From Aureliella sp. (GTDB lineage: Bacteria; Planctomycetota; Planctomycetia; Pirellulales; Pirellulaceae), in assembly GCA_963691875.1 (NCBI GenBank), contig OY829846.1, positions 4,416,001-4,480,000 on the forward strand: DNA of 64,000 nt, read 5' to 3'. The first letter of the stretch is position 1, and the number at the start of each line of letters is the position of its first letter. The notes below the pieces were generated by a model. The model was not told where the DNA came from. It saw only the letters and a program-made list of their open reading frames with translations, and did not search any database. Both the position numbers and the translations under genes were made by a program. Below, piece by piece: positions 9,197 through 18,743 of this stretch.

Positions 9197-10018
9197 ATGA
9201 AATCAAACATCGTTCTTGGATCCTTGCTGCTCGGCCTTTGCTTGAGCACCCCTAGCTTCGGCGACGGGCTTTTGGATCGACTTCTAGGACTGAAGGGTAG
9301 CGGTTGTGACAGCGCTTGTTGTGACACTGGATGCTCGGCTGATCCTAGCTGTGGTTGTGAAATCTCTGACTGCGGTGGCTGTGAGCCGTCCTGTGGTTGC
9401 GAAACTGCCTGCGGCGACTGCGAGCCATCTTGCGGTTGCGAAACTGCTTGCGGCGACTGCGAGCCATCCTGCGGATGCGAAACTGGTTGCGCTGATGCTT
9501 CTGCACCAAGTTGCGGATGCGAAGTTGCTTGCGATCCTTGCGGATGCAGCAAGAAGACTCGCCGCCCTCTTCTTGAGCTTCTGATGAAACTGAAGCCAAG
9601 CAAGAAGGGCTGCGATGACTGCTGCGAGCCATCTTGCGGTTGCGAAACTGCTTGCGGCGACTGCGAGCCATCCTGCGGATGCGAAACTGGTTGCGCTGAT
9701 GCTTGTGCACCAAGCTGCGGATGCGAAGTTGCTGACCCATGCGGTTGCGACGACGGATGCGACAGTGGATGTGGCATGAAGAAGAGCTGCGGTGGCCTGC
9801 TAGCTAAGCTGTTCAAGAAGAAGAGCAGCTGCTGTGACGCTGGTTGCGACGCTGCACCAACTTGCGGATGCGAAATCTCTGGCTGCAGCAGCTCTGGTTC
9901 AGATCCTGCTCCAGCCCCTGCTGCAGAAGCTGCTCCAATGCCGCCTGCACCAGTTGTAGACCCAAATGCTTTCTTGCAAAGCAATCGACGTGTCATTCAA
10001 ACTTCCTACGGTCGCTAA
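9197..10018 (+). CDS. secreted cysteine-rich repeat protein
   Basis: Signal peptide; about 49 Cys in 273 aa by hand count; nine P[ST]CGCE motifs; Pro/Ala-rich tail; GGGAG RBS and a downstream terminator. Confidence 0.85.
   Translation: MKSNIVLGSLLLGLCLSTPSFGDGLLDRLLGLKGSGCDSACCDTGCSADPSCGCEISDCGGCEPSCGCETACGDCEPSCGCETACGDCEPSCGCETGCADASAPSCGCEVACDPCGCSKKTRRPLLELLMKLKPSKKGCDDCCEPSCGCETACGDCEPSCGCETGCADACAPSCGCEVADPCGCDDGCDSGCGMKKSCGGLLAKLFKKKSSCCDAGCDAAPTCGCEISGCSSSGSDPAPAPAAEAAPMPPAPVVDPNAFLQSNRRVIQTSYGR
9418..9733 (+). repeat. near-identical ~112-bp internal duplication within the Cys-rich gene, built on 39-bp (13-aa) units
   Basis: 9418-9529 and 9622-9733 differ at about 2 positions; the unit is CEPSCGCETACGD. 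Confidence 0.85.
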
Positions 10019-10055
10019 GCCCAGCTTAGAGATCTGGTAGATTTCAGATACGTTT

Positions 10056-10093
10056 AAAGCGGCCTATGTCTTCGGATGTGGGTCGCTTTTTTT
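10056..10093 (+). terminator. rho-independent terminator
   Basis: aaagcggcctatgtc-TTCG-gatgtgggtcgc followed by T7. Confidence 0.85.
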
Positions 10094-10124
10094 ACGCGCT
10101 TCAGCAACCAACTCAAAATGTCTT

Positions 10125-11555
10125 ATGAGCAGCCAGAGATCGAAAGTCGATTGGTCGATGGTACTTGGCCCAGTGCTCTCACCGGCTGCTGGGATGCCTG
10201 AGTCGGAACTTAGCGAACTAGACGAGTGTGTTTTCCAGCATGCTCGACGTTCTATTCGGCCTCATCTTCAAAGTGCTCGCCCACTTCCGTTTGGGACGCT
10301 TTCAGTTCCTTGGTTTCCAGCTGGCCAATGGCTTGCGGATTCCGATCTTCGACCAGGGGCATTGTTACAGCATGCTGCAGGTGACTACTACGTCCAGGAT
10401 GCTGGTTCTTTCTTGGCGCTTGCTCTTTGTGACGTTCGGCCGGGACAAACTGTTGTTGATACTTGTGCGTCGCCAGGAGGCAAGGCAACGGCTCTTCTCG
10501 AAATGCTTTGCGGGCAAGGTGCTTTAGTTGCTAACGAAGTCATCGCTTCGCGGCTCGCGCAACTGCAAATTGCACTTGAGAGAACCGGACTTCCGAACTT
10601 TGTCGTGTCCAACGAGGAGCTTGAAAACTTAGCGGGACCACTTGGTGGTCAGGCCGACTTAGTATTGGTCGACGCCCCGTGCTCGGGGCAGTCGATGGTT
10701 GCCAAAGGCAAGCAATCCTTGTCCTCGTTCGCACCAGTTCAAATCGAGCACAACTCGGCTCGGCAAGCGAAACTTCTAGAGCAAGCCGTCAAGCTGGTAA
10801 GACCTGGCGGCAGATTGGTCTACTCGACCTGTACATTTTCTTTTGCCGAGAACGAAGCCATTATTGCAAAGTTACTTGAGGGTTCAGACGCTTGGTTGTC
10901 GGTCCGCGAGCCAAAGTTGGCGCAATGGGAATCCAAAGATTGGCCCGGGTGCTACCGCTTGTGGCCGCATAGGGATGGCTGTGCAGGCGCCTTTGCGGCG
11001 GCTTTGCAACGTAGGGCTTCTACAGACGCGATAGATTCCGATCTCGCAGGCTCAGCCTCGACCAAGTCGCGAGAATCTCTTTTTGAAGCAGTATCAAGTG
11101 ACGCTCTTCCTGCGCAGTGCTTGGACTGGGGGCTGTCACTTGAGGATCTTGAGTGTGAGGTATTTGAGCGACCACGAGCGTTCCGACGAGGTAGCAAGCA
11201 ATACCAACTTACGGAACTGCTTGGTTTTCCAAGGCAAATTCCACAACACTGGTTGCAGTTTGCCTACTCGGGGTCCCGAATCGCAGAGAGTTCTGCTCCC
11301 CTTCGTTCGGTCAAGCCACCGGTATGGGAACCCTGCTTTGCGTCGGCGAAGTTGGCAGGCGCAGAATCCAGTTCGATCGAACTTTCGGACGCTCAAGCGG
11401 CTAGCTACGTTGCCGGGGAATCCGTGCGAATCATGTCAGCATCGAAAGGCTGGTTACCTGTATCATGGGAAGGGCGAAGGCTGAGCTGGGGAAAGCTCGT
11501 CGGAGGCGTTCTCAAAAATCATTTCCCGAAAAATTTGAGGCAGCAAGTCGCGTAG
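10125..11555 (+). CDS. RsmF/RsmB (NOL1/NOP2/Sun) RNA cytosine-C5 methyltransferase
   Basis: YYVQDAGS, DTCASPGGKA, LVDAPCSG, LVYSTCT, RLWPH, C-terminal LKNHFPK typical of RsmF. Confidence 0.88.
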   Translation: MSSQRSKVDWSMVLGPVLSPAAGMPESELSELDECVFQHARRSIRPHLQSARPLPFGTLSVPWFPAGQWLADSDLRPGALLQHAAGDYYVQDAGSFLALALCDVRPGQTVVDTCASPGGKATALLEMLCGQGALVANEVIASRLAQLQIALERTGLPNFVVSNEELENLAGPLGGQADLVLVDAPCSGQSMVAKGKQSLSSFAPVQIEHNSARQAKLLEQAVKLVRPGGRLVYSTCTFSFAENEAIIAKLLEGSDAWLSVREPKLAQWESKDWPGCYRLWPHRDGCAGAFAAALQRRASTDAIDSDLAGSASTKSRESLFEAVSSDALPAQCLDWGLSLEDLECEVFERPRAFRRGSKQYQLTELLGFPRQIPQHWLQFAYSGSRIAESSAPLRSVKPPVWEPCFASAKLAGAESSSIELSDAQAASYVAGESVRIMSASKGWLPVSWEGRRLSWGKLVGGVLKNHFPKNLRQQVA

Positions 11556-11706
11556 TTCAGAGCTGCTGAACATCTGGTGCATGCCGACAAACGAAGTAAA
11601 ACAGGCTTCAAAACCGTCTACTCGCGAAAGTCGTTTTCCGCGACAATGTTATCCTAGGGCTCAAGATGAGTGAGTCCAAGAATCCATAGGGAAGTGGAGT
11701 TGTCGG

Positions 11707-14700
11707 ATGGCTGGCCGTAGGGCAAAGTATTTTTTTCGCGAGATTTCTAGGAATGGAAGTCTCCTTCGTCGAGCTAGTTCCTGTACTCTTCCAGCATTCT
11801 GTGCGATCGCGCTTCAGCTGGTTTGGGTAGGCAACAATATCTTTGCGCAAGACGCTAATCAATCGCGGGCATCAGTGCCAGCTCAAGCCGAGGGTCAGTC
11901 TGCAAAACAGGCGGGACAGACCGAGCTTCAGCGTCAGCAAGAGCGTCTGACAAATGAGATATCGGCTCGAGCCGCTGCCCTGCCAAGTAGTGCTTTGACG
12001 CCGGAGCAAAAAGCAGAAGTAGCAAAGCTCGATGCCGCTGTGATGGCCGCGCTGCAATCCGCAGGTGAACTTGCTGAGAAGACCCAGCAGCAGACAACGG
12101 ATGCAGCATCTGCAAAATCTCGGATCGAGGCAGCTCGTGCCGAGAAAGCTCGGCTGTCTCAAGCGAAGCCCAAATCTGATGTCACGTGGCTCCGCCTCGA
12201 CTATCAAGCAGGAGTCGCCGAATCGCAAGCTCTGGGGGCTCAGATTTCGACGCTGGAGTTACGACGAACCGATTTGAGTTCTGTTATCGCAGGCCGAGAG
12301 AAGCGGCGGCAGCAACTGGCCCAGCTGATCTCGGATGCAAAAAGTGCTCGCGAGCAAGTGGCGGCTGCAAAGCCCACTTTTGAAAAATCCGCTACCACGC
12401 TCTTGCAGCAAAGTGTTCTGGCTGAGTGGGAAGCAAGGCAGTTGCAAGCTGCACAGCAAGTAGGTGCTCTAGAAAGCGAGTTGCTGCTAATTGACGTTGA
12501 GTCGCCGTTGTTACCGTTGCAGTTAGAGACCTTGCAGATTCAGGAAAAGCTGCTGAAGGAGGAGCAAAGCGAACTCAACGACGCGATGAAAGCAAAGCGT
12601 TCGGCACGCATCTTTGAGTTTCACAATGAGTTCAGCGAGCTTGCGGCGGATGATACGGAGGTCCATGCAAGGCTTAAGTATTGGCTTGAAGTCATCGCAA
12701 AAGAAGAATCCGCCGCAGAGGAACTGACTTGGCTCTCGCTCGCACAGCAGCACGACCAGTTGCAGTTGCGAATCGAAAGTATGGATAAGGAAATGAAGCG
12801 TTGGCGCGTAGTGCGCGACAATATGCAGCTGCGGTTAGATCCCTCTTCGAATAAGGAATCAATTCCTGGTGCCAATGGCTGGGTTGTCAAGCGGCTTCGC
12901 GAGCAGCGAAAGGAATTGCCTTCTGCTGTAGGTCTAATGAGGGATCTGGCCGAGATTTATGAGACGGTCCAACTCGCACAATCGCTTGACTATGACCTGA
13001 CTGATCTGAGCAACCAGCTGGAAATATTGCAGGACACGGACAGAGCGGATCCGCGGCTGGAGGATATCGGTCGGCGCGTTCTGTCAGCGATGAAAGAAGA
13101 TGTTCGTGTTTTCCTGAATGACTTGTACAAGCTGGGAGACTTGACCGAGGAGACACTTCGGCTGAGCAACGAGTATCAAGCATTCATCGATAAGCAGCTC
13201 TTTTGGACGCCCAACGCAGACTTGCTGTCTTTAGGAGATCTAGCAGACACCTCAGGTGCATCTATCTGGCTAATCAGTCCTGCGAACTGGACTTTGGTAG
13301 TGGCGATTGTACTTGACGACGCAAGACAGTATCCTTTCTGGTGGATCGCATTCGCGTTAGCTCTCCTGTTGCTTGGAATGAATCGTGTGCGCCTGCAGCA
13401 GAGTCTGGAGAAGGTATCGGTTAAGGCTCACCGCAATACCTGCACTGACTTTGACCTCAGTCTGCGCGGGCTGGCCGACACGGTACTCATATCGGTGCCG
13501 TTTCCATTGATATTGCTATTCGTCGCCTGGAGATTGAATGTTTCGGCAGAGGGCGATTCTCGCGAGTTCTGCACAGCGCTCTCTGCAGGCCTCATGTTGG
13601 CTACAGCAGCGCTTTTTCCGATGAGTTTGCTACGACAAATCTGTGTTCCGCAAGGCTTGGGAAGGATGCACTTTGGCTGGGGAGAGGCACAGACGCGTCA
13701 GCTGCATCAGCACTTGAGATGGTTGATCAACTTCTCTGTTCCGCTCTTGCTTGTTATTGGAGCACTGGTTGCGCAGTCGGAGGCAAAGTGGGAGGAGTCA
13801 CTCGGGCGGATAGCGTTTTTGGTTTTAATGGTGCTGCTAAGTGTGTTCTTTGGGTTTATCTTCCATCCGCGTCGCGGCGTATTTGCGGAGATCCTGCAGC
13901 AGCGAAGTGGTGGTTGGTTAGATCGGCTGAGGTTTATATGGTATCCAGCGCTGAGTATTGCACCTGTGGCTCTGGGAGTGCTTAGTACACTCGGTTATCA
14001 CTACACTTCACAACAACTAGCAACTCGGCTCGACAGGACCTTGTGGATGATTGTCTTGTTGACGGTGACCTATTGCTTGATGCGCCGGTGGCTACTCCTA
14101 AACCGCCGGAAGATCATGATGGATCAAGCTCGTCAGCGTCTGGAAGAGGCGGCGAAGCTTCGGGAGCAGGGCCAGCAAGCTTCAACGCCGATCAAGGGCG
14201 TTGAAGATGAAGAAGTGAATCTAGTTGCCATCAACGAGCAGACGCGCAGGCTGATCAAGAGTCTGTTCGTGACTTGTGGGCTTCTGTGGGCGTACTGGAT
14301 CTGGGCCGACGTACTGCCCGCTATCCTTGTGCTCGATCGTGTGGCGATATGGCCCCTGAATGAAACGGAGTCCATTTCGCTCGCAGATCTTTTGCTGGTG
14401 GTACCGATCTTGGTCCTTACCGTCATTGCGACGCGGAATGTTCCGGGACTGCTTGAGATCGCGCTGTTGCAGCATCTACCCCTGGCCCGAGCGGCTCGCT
14501 ACGCGATTACGACGCTAGCAAGTTACGCAATAGCTGCTTTAGGGTTGGTTTTGGCCAGTGCTAATATCGGTCTGACCTGGGCCAGCATTCAGTGGTTGGT
14601 CGCGGGGCTTGGAGTTGGGCTTGGTTTTGGCATGCAGGAGATCTTTGCCAACTTTATATCAGGAGTCATTTTATTGTTCGAGCAACCGATTCGAGTTGGC

Positions 14701-15180
14701 GATGTCGTGACGATCGATGGGACGACAGGAACCGTTGCTCGAATTCGAATACGAGCGACCACGATTGTGAACTGGGACCGCCAAGAGCTTATTGTGCCTA
14801 ATAAGGAGTTGATTACTGGGAAGCTTATCAACTGGACCTTGTCCGATACGACCAATCGGGTTGTAGTCAATGTTGGTATTGCCTACGGCAGCGATACCAA
14901 AGAAGCTTGCGATGCGGTGAAGGAGATCTGCTCGCAGCATCCGAACATCATGAAAGATCCTGGGCCGATCGTGACATTCGAAGGCTTTGGAGACAACACG
15001 CTGAATCTAGTGCTTCGAGCTTATTTGGCTACGCTCGACAATCGTCTTTCAACGGTGCACCAGCTACACGAGCAGATCTATCAGGAGTTTGACCGGAGAA
15101 AGATTGAGATCGCGTTTCCGCAGCTCGACCTGCATCTGCGCTCAATGCCCGAGCAAAGTGCTGGTGGTGTTTCGAGCTAG
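11707..15180 (+). CDS. large MscS-family (MscK/KefA-like) mechanosensitive channel
   Basis: Long periplasmic coiled coil and many TM segments; GLGVGLGFGMQEIFANFISG, PIRVGD, IRIRATT, IAFPQ. Confidence 0.92.
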   Translation: MAGRRAKYFFREISRNGSLLRRASSCTLPAFCAIALQLVWVGNNIFAQDANQSRASVPAQAEGQSAKQAGQTELQRQQERLTNEISARAAALPSSALTPEQKAEVAKLDAAVMAALQSAGELAEKTQQQTTDAASAKSRIEAARAEKARLSQAKPKSDVTWLRLDYQAGVAESQALGAQISTLELRRTDLSSVIAGREKRRQQLAQLISDAKSAREQVAAAKPTFEKSATTLLQQSVLAEWEARQLQAAQQVGALESELLLIDVESPLLPLQLETLQIQEKLLKEEQSELNDAMKAKRSARIFEFHNEFSELAADDTEVHARLKYWLEVIAKEESAAEELTWLSLAQQHDQLQLRIESMDKEMKRWRVVRDNMQLRLDPSSNKESIPGANGWVVKRLREQRKELPSAVGLMRDLAEIYETVQLAQSLDYDLTDLSNQLEILQDTDRADPRLEDIGRRVLSAMKEDVRVFLNDLYKLGDLTEETLRLSNEYQAFIDKQLFWTPNADLLSLGDLADTSGASIWLISPANWTLVVAIVLDDARQYPFWWIAFALALLLLGMNRVRLQQSLEKVSVKAHRNTCTDFDLSLRGLADTVLISVPFPLILLFVAWRLNVSAEGDSREFCTALSAGLMLATAALFPMSLLRQICVPQGLGRMHFGWGEAQTRQLHQHLRWLINFSVPLLLVIGALVAQSEAKWEESLGRIAFLVLMVLLSVFFGFIFHPRRGVFAEILQQRSGGWLDRLRFIWYPALSIAPVALGVLSTLGYHYTSQQLATRLDRTLWMIVLLTVTYCLMRRWLLLNRRKIMMDQARQRLEEAAKLREQGQQASTPIKGVEDEEVNLVAINEQTRRLIKSLFVTCGLLWAYWIWADVLPAILVLDRVAIWPLNETESISLADLLLVVPILVLTVIATRNVPGLLEIALLQHLPLARAARYAITTLASYAIAALGLVLASANIGLTWASIQWLVAGLGVGLGFGMQEIFANFISGVILLFEQPIRVGDVVTIDGTTGTVARIRIRATTIVNWDRQELIVPNKELITGKLINWTLSDTTNRVVVNVGIAYGSDTKEACDAVKEICSQHPNIMKDPGPIVTFEGFGDNTLNLVLRAYLATLDNRLSTVHQLHEQIYQEFDRRKIEIAFPQLDLHLRSMPEQSAGGVSS

Positions 15181-15364
15181 GACGAAAAAAGAAAGTCAGT
15201 AGCGCGGGCTACTGGCCTTGGGGTGATGCAAAATATAGTTAAGACTGGGCGAGGGTCGGGAAACCGAAGATGCGAACGGCGCAATGGTAACTGAGCTCGT
15301 CAAGAGCTTAGGCATATTCTTGGTCGGCGAGGCAAGCTGCGGTTTCCAGTGCGTAACGCTGCGC

Positions 15365-17380
15365 CTACTTTGCTGAGGCGAGCCACGCTTGGACATCTGC
15401 ATCGCTGGGCATACGCCAGTCCCCGCGAGGGGAAAGACTTACGCTACCGACCTTGGGGCCATCTGGAACGCAGGAACGCTTGAACTGATTGGCAAAGAAT
15501 CGCTTCAGAAACGTTTTAAGCGTTTCGCGTATTTCGTCTTCGGTAAACGGCTGTGAAAACTCCGCCAGTGATGCCAAGTGTAAGATGCGCTGCGGTGAAG
15601 TGCCGTAACGAATAAGCTGATAGAGGAAGAAGTCGTGTAGCTCGTATGACCCGATGGATTCTTCTGTTCTCTGCTGGATTTCTCCGTCCTGCGACGGCGG
15701 AAGTAATTCTGGCGAAATCGGTGTATCCGCAATCGCAAGCAGGCAATTGCTGGCAGAGCCAGTGAATTGATGTTCGGCCAAGTAGCGAACTAGGAAACGC
15801 ACCAAAGTCTTGGGGATCGATGTGTTGACGTTGTACATCGACATGTGGTCACCATTATAAGTGCTCCACCCTAGCGCCTGTTCAGACAAGTCACCGGTGC
15901 CCAGAACAAAACCTCGGCTCATTAAGATCAAAGTGCGTGTCCTGGCTTGAACATTCTCAAACACCAAGTCGTTGAGCTTATCCGGAGAAAGTCGTCCAAG
16001 TTGCTCGACAAACTGCTCTCGACTTTGATCGCCTATTTCAATTCCGAAGGGCTGATGCTGAAGTGCTCGAAAAGTATCCAAGCACAAAGTGCGAATGTCA
16101 ATTTCTTCGGAATCGACGGCCAAGTGATCCATCAACTCATGAGCGGCACTCAACGTCTTATCGGTCGTTCCAAAGCCAGGCATTGTGATGGCATGAATAC
16201 GAGAGCTCGGCCAACCTTGTTGTTCACAAGTCTTGGCGGCAACGAGCAAAGCTAATGTGCTATCGAGTCCGCCTGAGACGCCGATGTTCAGCTTCATGTC
16301 ATTTGGTAACTTGCGCAATCTTTGTGCGAGGGCGGCGCACTGAATACCAAAGATCTCGGCACATCGCTGATGCAACTCCGGGCCCGCGGCGGGGACAAAC
16401 GGTCGCGCGTTCACTCGACGAAGGTTGCCCGAGTTCTGGCGCGGAGCTTCAATTTCGATGCGGCGAAAGTCCGCTCGGAGACGTTGCGTTGCCTGTTGCC
16501 AGCTGACGGCGATCTGCCGGTCGTGCGTGAGTTTTTGCAAGTCGACGTCGGCGGTGGCGCTGCTCTTCTCGAGCCATCCGCAGCCTTGTTCGCCAATGCG
16601 TTTTGATTCGGCAAGCACCGCGCCATTCTCAGCGATCAGGCAATGACCTCCGAAGACTACATCGGTGCTTGATTCGGTTGGTCCCGCGCTAGCGTAGGCG
16701 TAAGCAGCCAAGCAGCGCCCTGCTTGGCTACGAATCAGAGTCTTTCGCCAAGCTGCTTTCCCGATCAATTCATTGCTAGCGGAGAGATTGACTAGCAAGT
16801 TCGCTCCAGAGGCGGCTTGCAGGCTGCTCGGTGGAACTGGCATCCAGAGATCTTCGCAAAGCTCCATTCCGACAATTAGTTGATCCCATTGGACGAGCAG
16901 GTCAATACCGAAGGGCACGGTTCCAAATACATCGAGCTCGACCTGTCCCGGCTCTGATCCATCGGCTGCACAAAACCAACGAGCCTCGTAGAACTCTTGG
17001 TAATTTGGCAAATACTGCTTCGGTACGAAACCTAAGACTTCGCCATCGAAGATCGCCGCTGCGCAGTTGTACAACCTGCCATCGACGCGTAGTGGCAAGC
17101 CGACGACGACAAGTTGCTGACCAACTTCGGAAGCAACGGACTGGAGTCCCTCTAGGCAGGAGCGCAGCAGTGGTTCTTGCGCAAATAAATCTCCGCAGGT
17201 GTAGCCCGACAGCGATAGCTCGCCAAAAACGATGATGTCACTTTCGGCGTGTGATCTTAGGGCTTCAATACACGCAGCAGCATTGGCCGGTGGATTGGCG
17301 ATTGCGGTTCGATGCGAGACGGCGGTGACTCTGACGAATCCAGGTTCGCGTCCCAGTGCATTGGTGTTTTCGTTTCTCAT
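15365..17380 (-). CDS. nadE: glutamine-dependent NAD+ synthetase
   Basis: Nitrilase domain (ELSLSGY, PKQYLPNYQEFYE, CEDLW) plus synthetase domain (GVSGGLDST, ENVQARTR, QFKRSCVPDGPK). Confidence 0.95.
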   Translation of the reverse strand: MRNENTNALGREPGFVRVTAVSHRTAIANPPANAAACIEALRSHAESDIIVFGELSLSGYTCGDLFAQEPLLRSCLEGLQSVASEVGQQLVVVGLPLRVDGRLYNCAAAIFDGEVLGFVPKQYLPNYQEFYEARWFCAADGSEPGQVELDVFGTVPFGIDLLVQWDQLIVGMELCEDLWMPVPPSSLQAASGANLLVNLSASNELIGKAAWRKTLIRSQAGRCLAAYAYASAGPTESSTDVVFGGHCLIAENGAVLAESKRIGEQGCGWLEKSSATADVDLQKLTHDRQIAVSWQQATQRLRADFRRIEIEAPRQNSGNLRRVNARPFVPAAGPELHQRCAEIFGIQCAALAQRLRKLPNDMKLNIGVSGGLDSTLALLVAAKTCEQQGWPSSRIHAITMPGFGTTDKTLSAAHELMDHLAVDSEEIDIRTLCLDTFRALQHQPFGIEIGDQSREQFVEQLGRLSPDKLNDLVFENVQARTRTLILMSRGFVLGTGDLSEQALGWSTYNGDHMSMYNVNTSIPKTLVRFLVRYLAEHQFTGSASNCLLAIADTPISPELLPPSQDGEIQQRTEESIGSYELHDFFLYQLIRYGTSPQRILHLASLAEFSQPFTEDEIRETLKTFLKRFFANQFKRSCVPDGPKVGSVSLSPRGDWRMPSDADVQAWLASAK

Positions 17381-17556
17381 GAGCTTAATCTTCTTTGCCG
17401 CGAGCCATTTTGAACAGTCGGTATTTGGAGTTGGAGCGGGTTGGAACGGAAGTTACTCGTTGGCCTTAGTACGGGCCGCGATGAAACCGTCCATCGCCTA
17501 CAGGAGCCAAAGGCCTTTGTCATGGTCCGATTTGGCTGAAACGACCAATTGTCTGA

Positions 17557-17910
17557 TCAAGTTGCTTCTGCCCAAGGGTCCTGCCAATTTCGCGGCGGCA
17601 TCGGGTATTCGTATGAGTGCTTGCCTTGCTCTGCGGTAATCTCGAAAGATAGATTCCAGTGCTCAATCGCATCTGCTCTGCGACCCAGCAAAACTAGCTT
17701 GCTGCAGTACTCGCGAGAAAAATATGTCAGGATGGTGAACGAGCTAAGAACTAATATCGAGACTTTGGATTGAAACCAATCGACGGAGACTGACTCGACA
17801 GAGGAGGTGTTGAGATCCGCCTCGTCTTGCGCAAGCGAATTTGTTTGCCCAAAGGCTGCAAGCAGCGCAAGGCTCAGTGCTGCGGTGCAGTGTTTTGCGT
17901 TGTTTTGCAT
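17557..17910 (-). CDS. hypothetical secreted protein, possibly a remnant
   Basis: GGGGGA RBS, ATG at 17910 and a signal-peptide-like N-terminus (AALSLALLAAFG..SLA-QD); no recognisable domain. Confidence 0.35.
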   Translation of the reverse strand: MQNNAKHCTAALSLALLAAFGQTNSLAQDEADLNTSSVESVSVDWFQSKVSILVLSSFTILTYFSREYCSKLVLLGRRADAIEHWNLSFEITAEQGKHSYEYPMPPRNWQDPWAEAT

Positions 17911-17932
17911 GAGATCCCCCTGGGGTAAGAAC

Positions 17933-18700
17933 TTAGTCAGCCTGGCCCTCTTGTTTCGCAACTCTTTCTTCTCGTCGTAGTTCAACTTGATTACTGTGCT
18001 CTCGATCACCTGTTGCACCGACGCGGCGCCGGTCAAGTCGCGAAATGTTTTCAAGCTTGCCGTAGATGATTAAAGTGTCGCCAGCTTGGACTTTGTCATT
18101 AGCGCGGGGGATTCCTTGAAACCCTTTGCTACGGTGAATGCCAAGGATCAAGATGCCTTCGTCGGCCAATCGCATTTCTCTTAGGACTCGCCCGGCCAGC
18201 CAATGGTTCGTTTCGATCATCATCTCGCTAACAGCATATCCATCCGCCAGCTGCAAGAGAGATTGGTAGTCTCGAACATCAAGGTCAGTAAAAGTCTTTA
18301 GCGACCAGCCAATGATTTTGTTCATCTGCCGTTCCACCCAGCGGCTGGAAAAAAAGAAAAACAGCAGAACGACGCCACCAGTCAGAATTGCCAGTATGAG
18401 TAGCTTACGTTCCCAGGGAGCGTCAGTTGCGCTGCCAAAGGAAAGCATCACTGTGGCGGCGACGGTCGCAATGCCGATGTTTCCCAGCAACATCAAGATC
18501 ATTACGATGCGACGGCGTACCGGATGGTTGACTATGTTTTCAGCTTCATCCGTCGTGTAACCGCAGCAAGAGAAGGCGGATCTTGCCTGAAACATGGCAG
18601 CTTCTCGGGAAAGTCCCGTAAACATCAAAGCAAGAGCGGCGATGCGAGTCACAATGAGCGAAATGCTCAAAGCAATCAGTAGTGAAAAGACTCCGACCAC
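17933..18700 (-). CDS. membrane protein with a TrkA-C (RCK_C) domain
   Basis: TGLSREAAMFQARSAFS..GYTTDEAE..HPVRRRI, then a C-terminal TrkA-C-like domain; start placed at the GTG at 18700. Confidence 0.8.
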   Translation of the reverse strand: MVGVFSLLIALSISLIVTRIAALALMFTGLSREAAMFQARSAFSCCGYTTDEAENIVNHPVRRRIVMILMLLGNIGIATVAATVMLSFGSATDAPWERKLLILAILTGGVVLLFFFFSSRWVERQMNKIIGWSLKTFTDLDVRDYQSLLQLADGYAVSEMMIETNHWLAGRVLREMRLADEGILILGIHRSKGFQGIPRANDKVQAGDTLIIYGKLENISRLDRRRVGATGDREHSNQVELRREERVAKQEGQAD

Positions 18701-18743
18701 GTGTGATATGCTTTCTCTTGGGGTTTCTTTGAGGAGAAGTGTG

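Noticed and set aside
9370..9740. Repeats considered as a possible CRISPR array
   Set aside because: Codon-phased coding repeats with no unique spacers and no cas genes
9157..9996. 279-aa Gln/Ser/Pro-rich repetitive ORF on the minus strand
   Set aside because: Antisense mirror of the Cys-rich gene, which has the RBS, signal peptide and terminator
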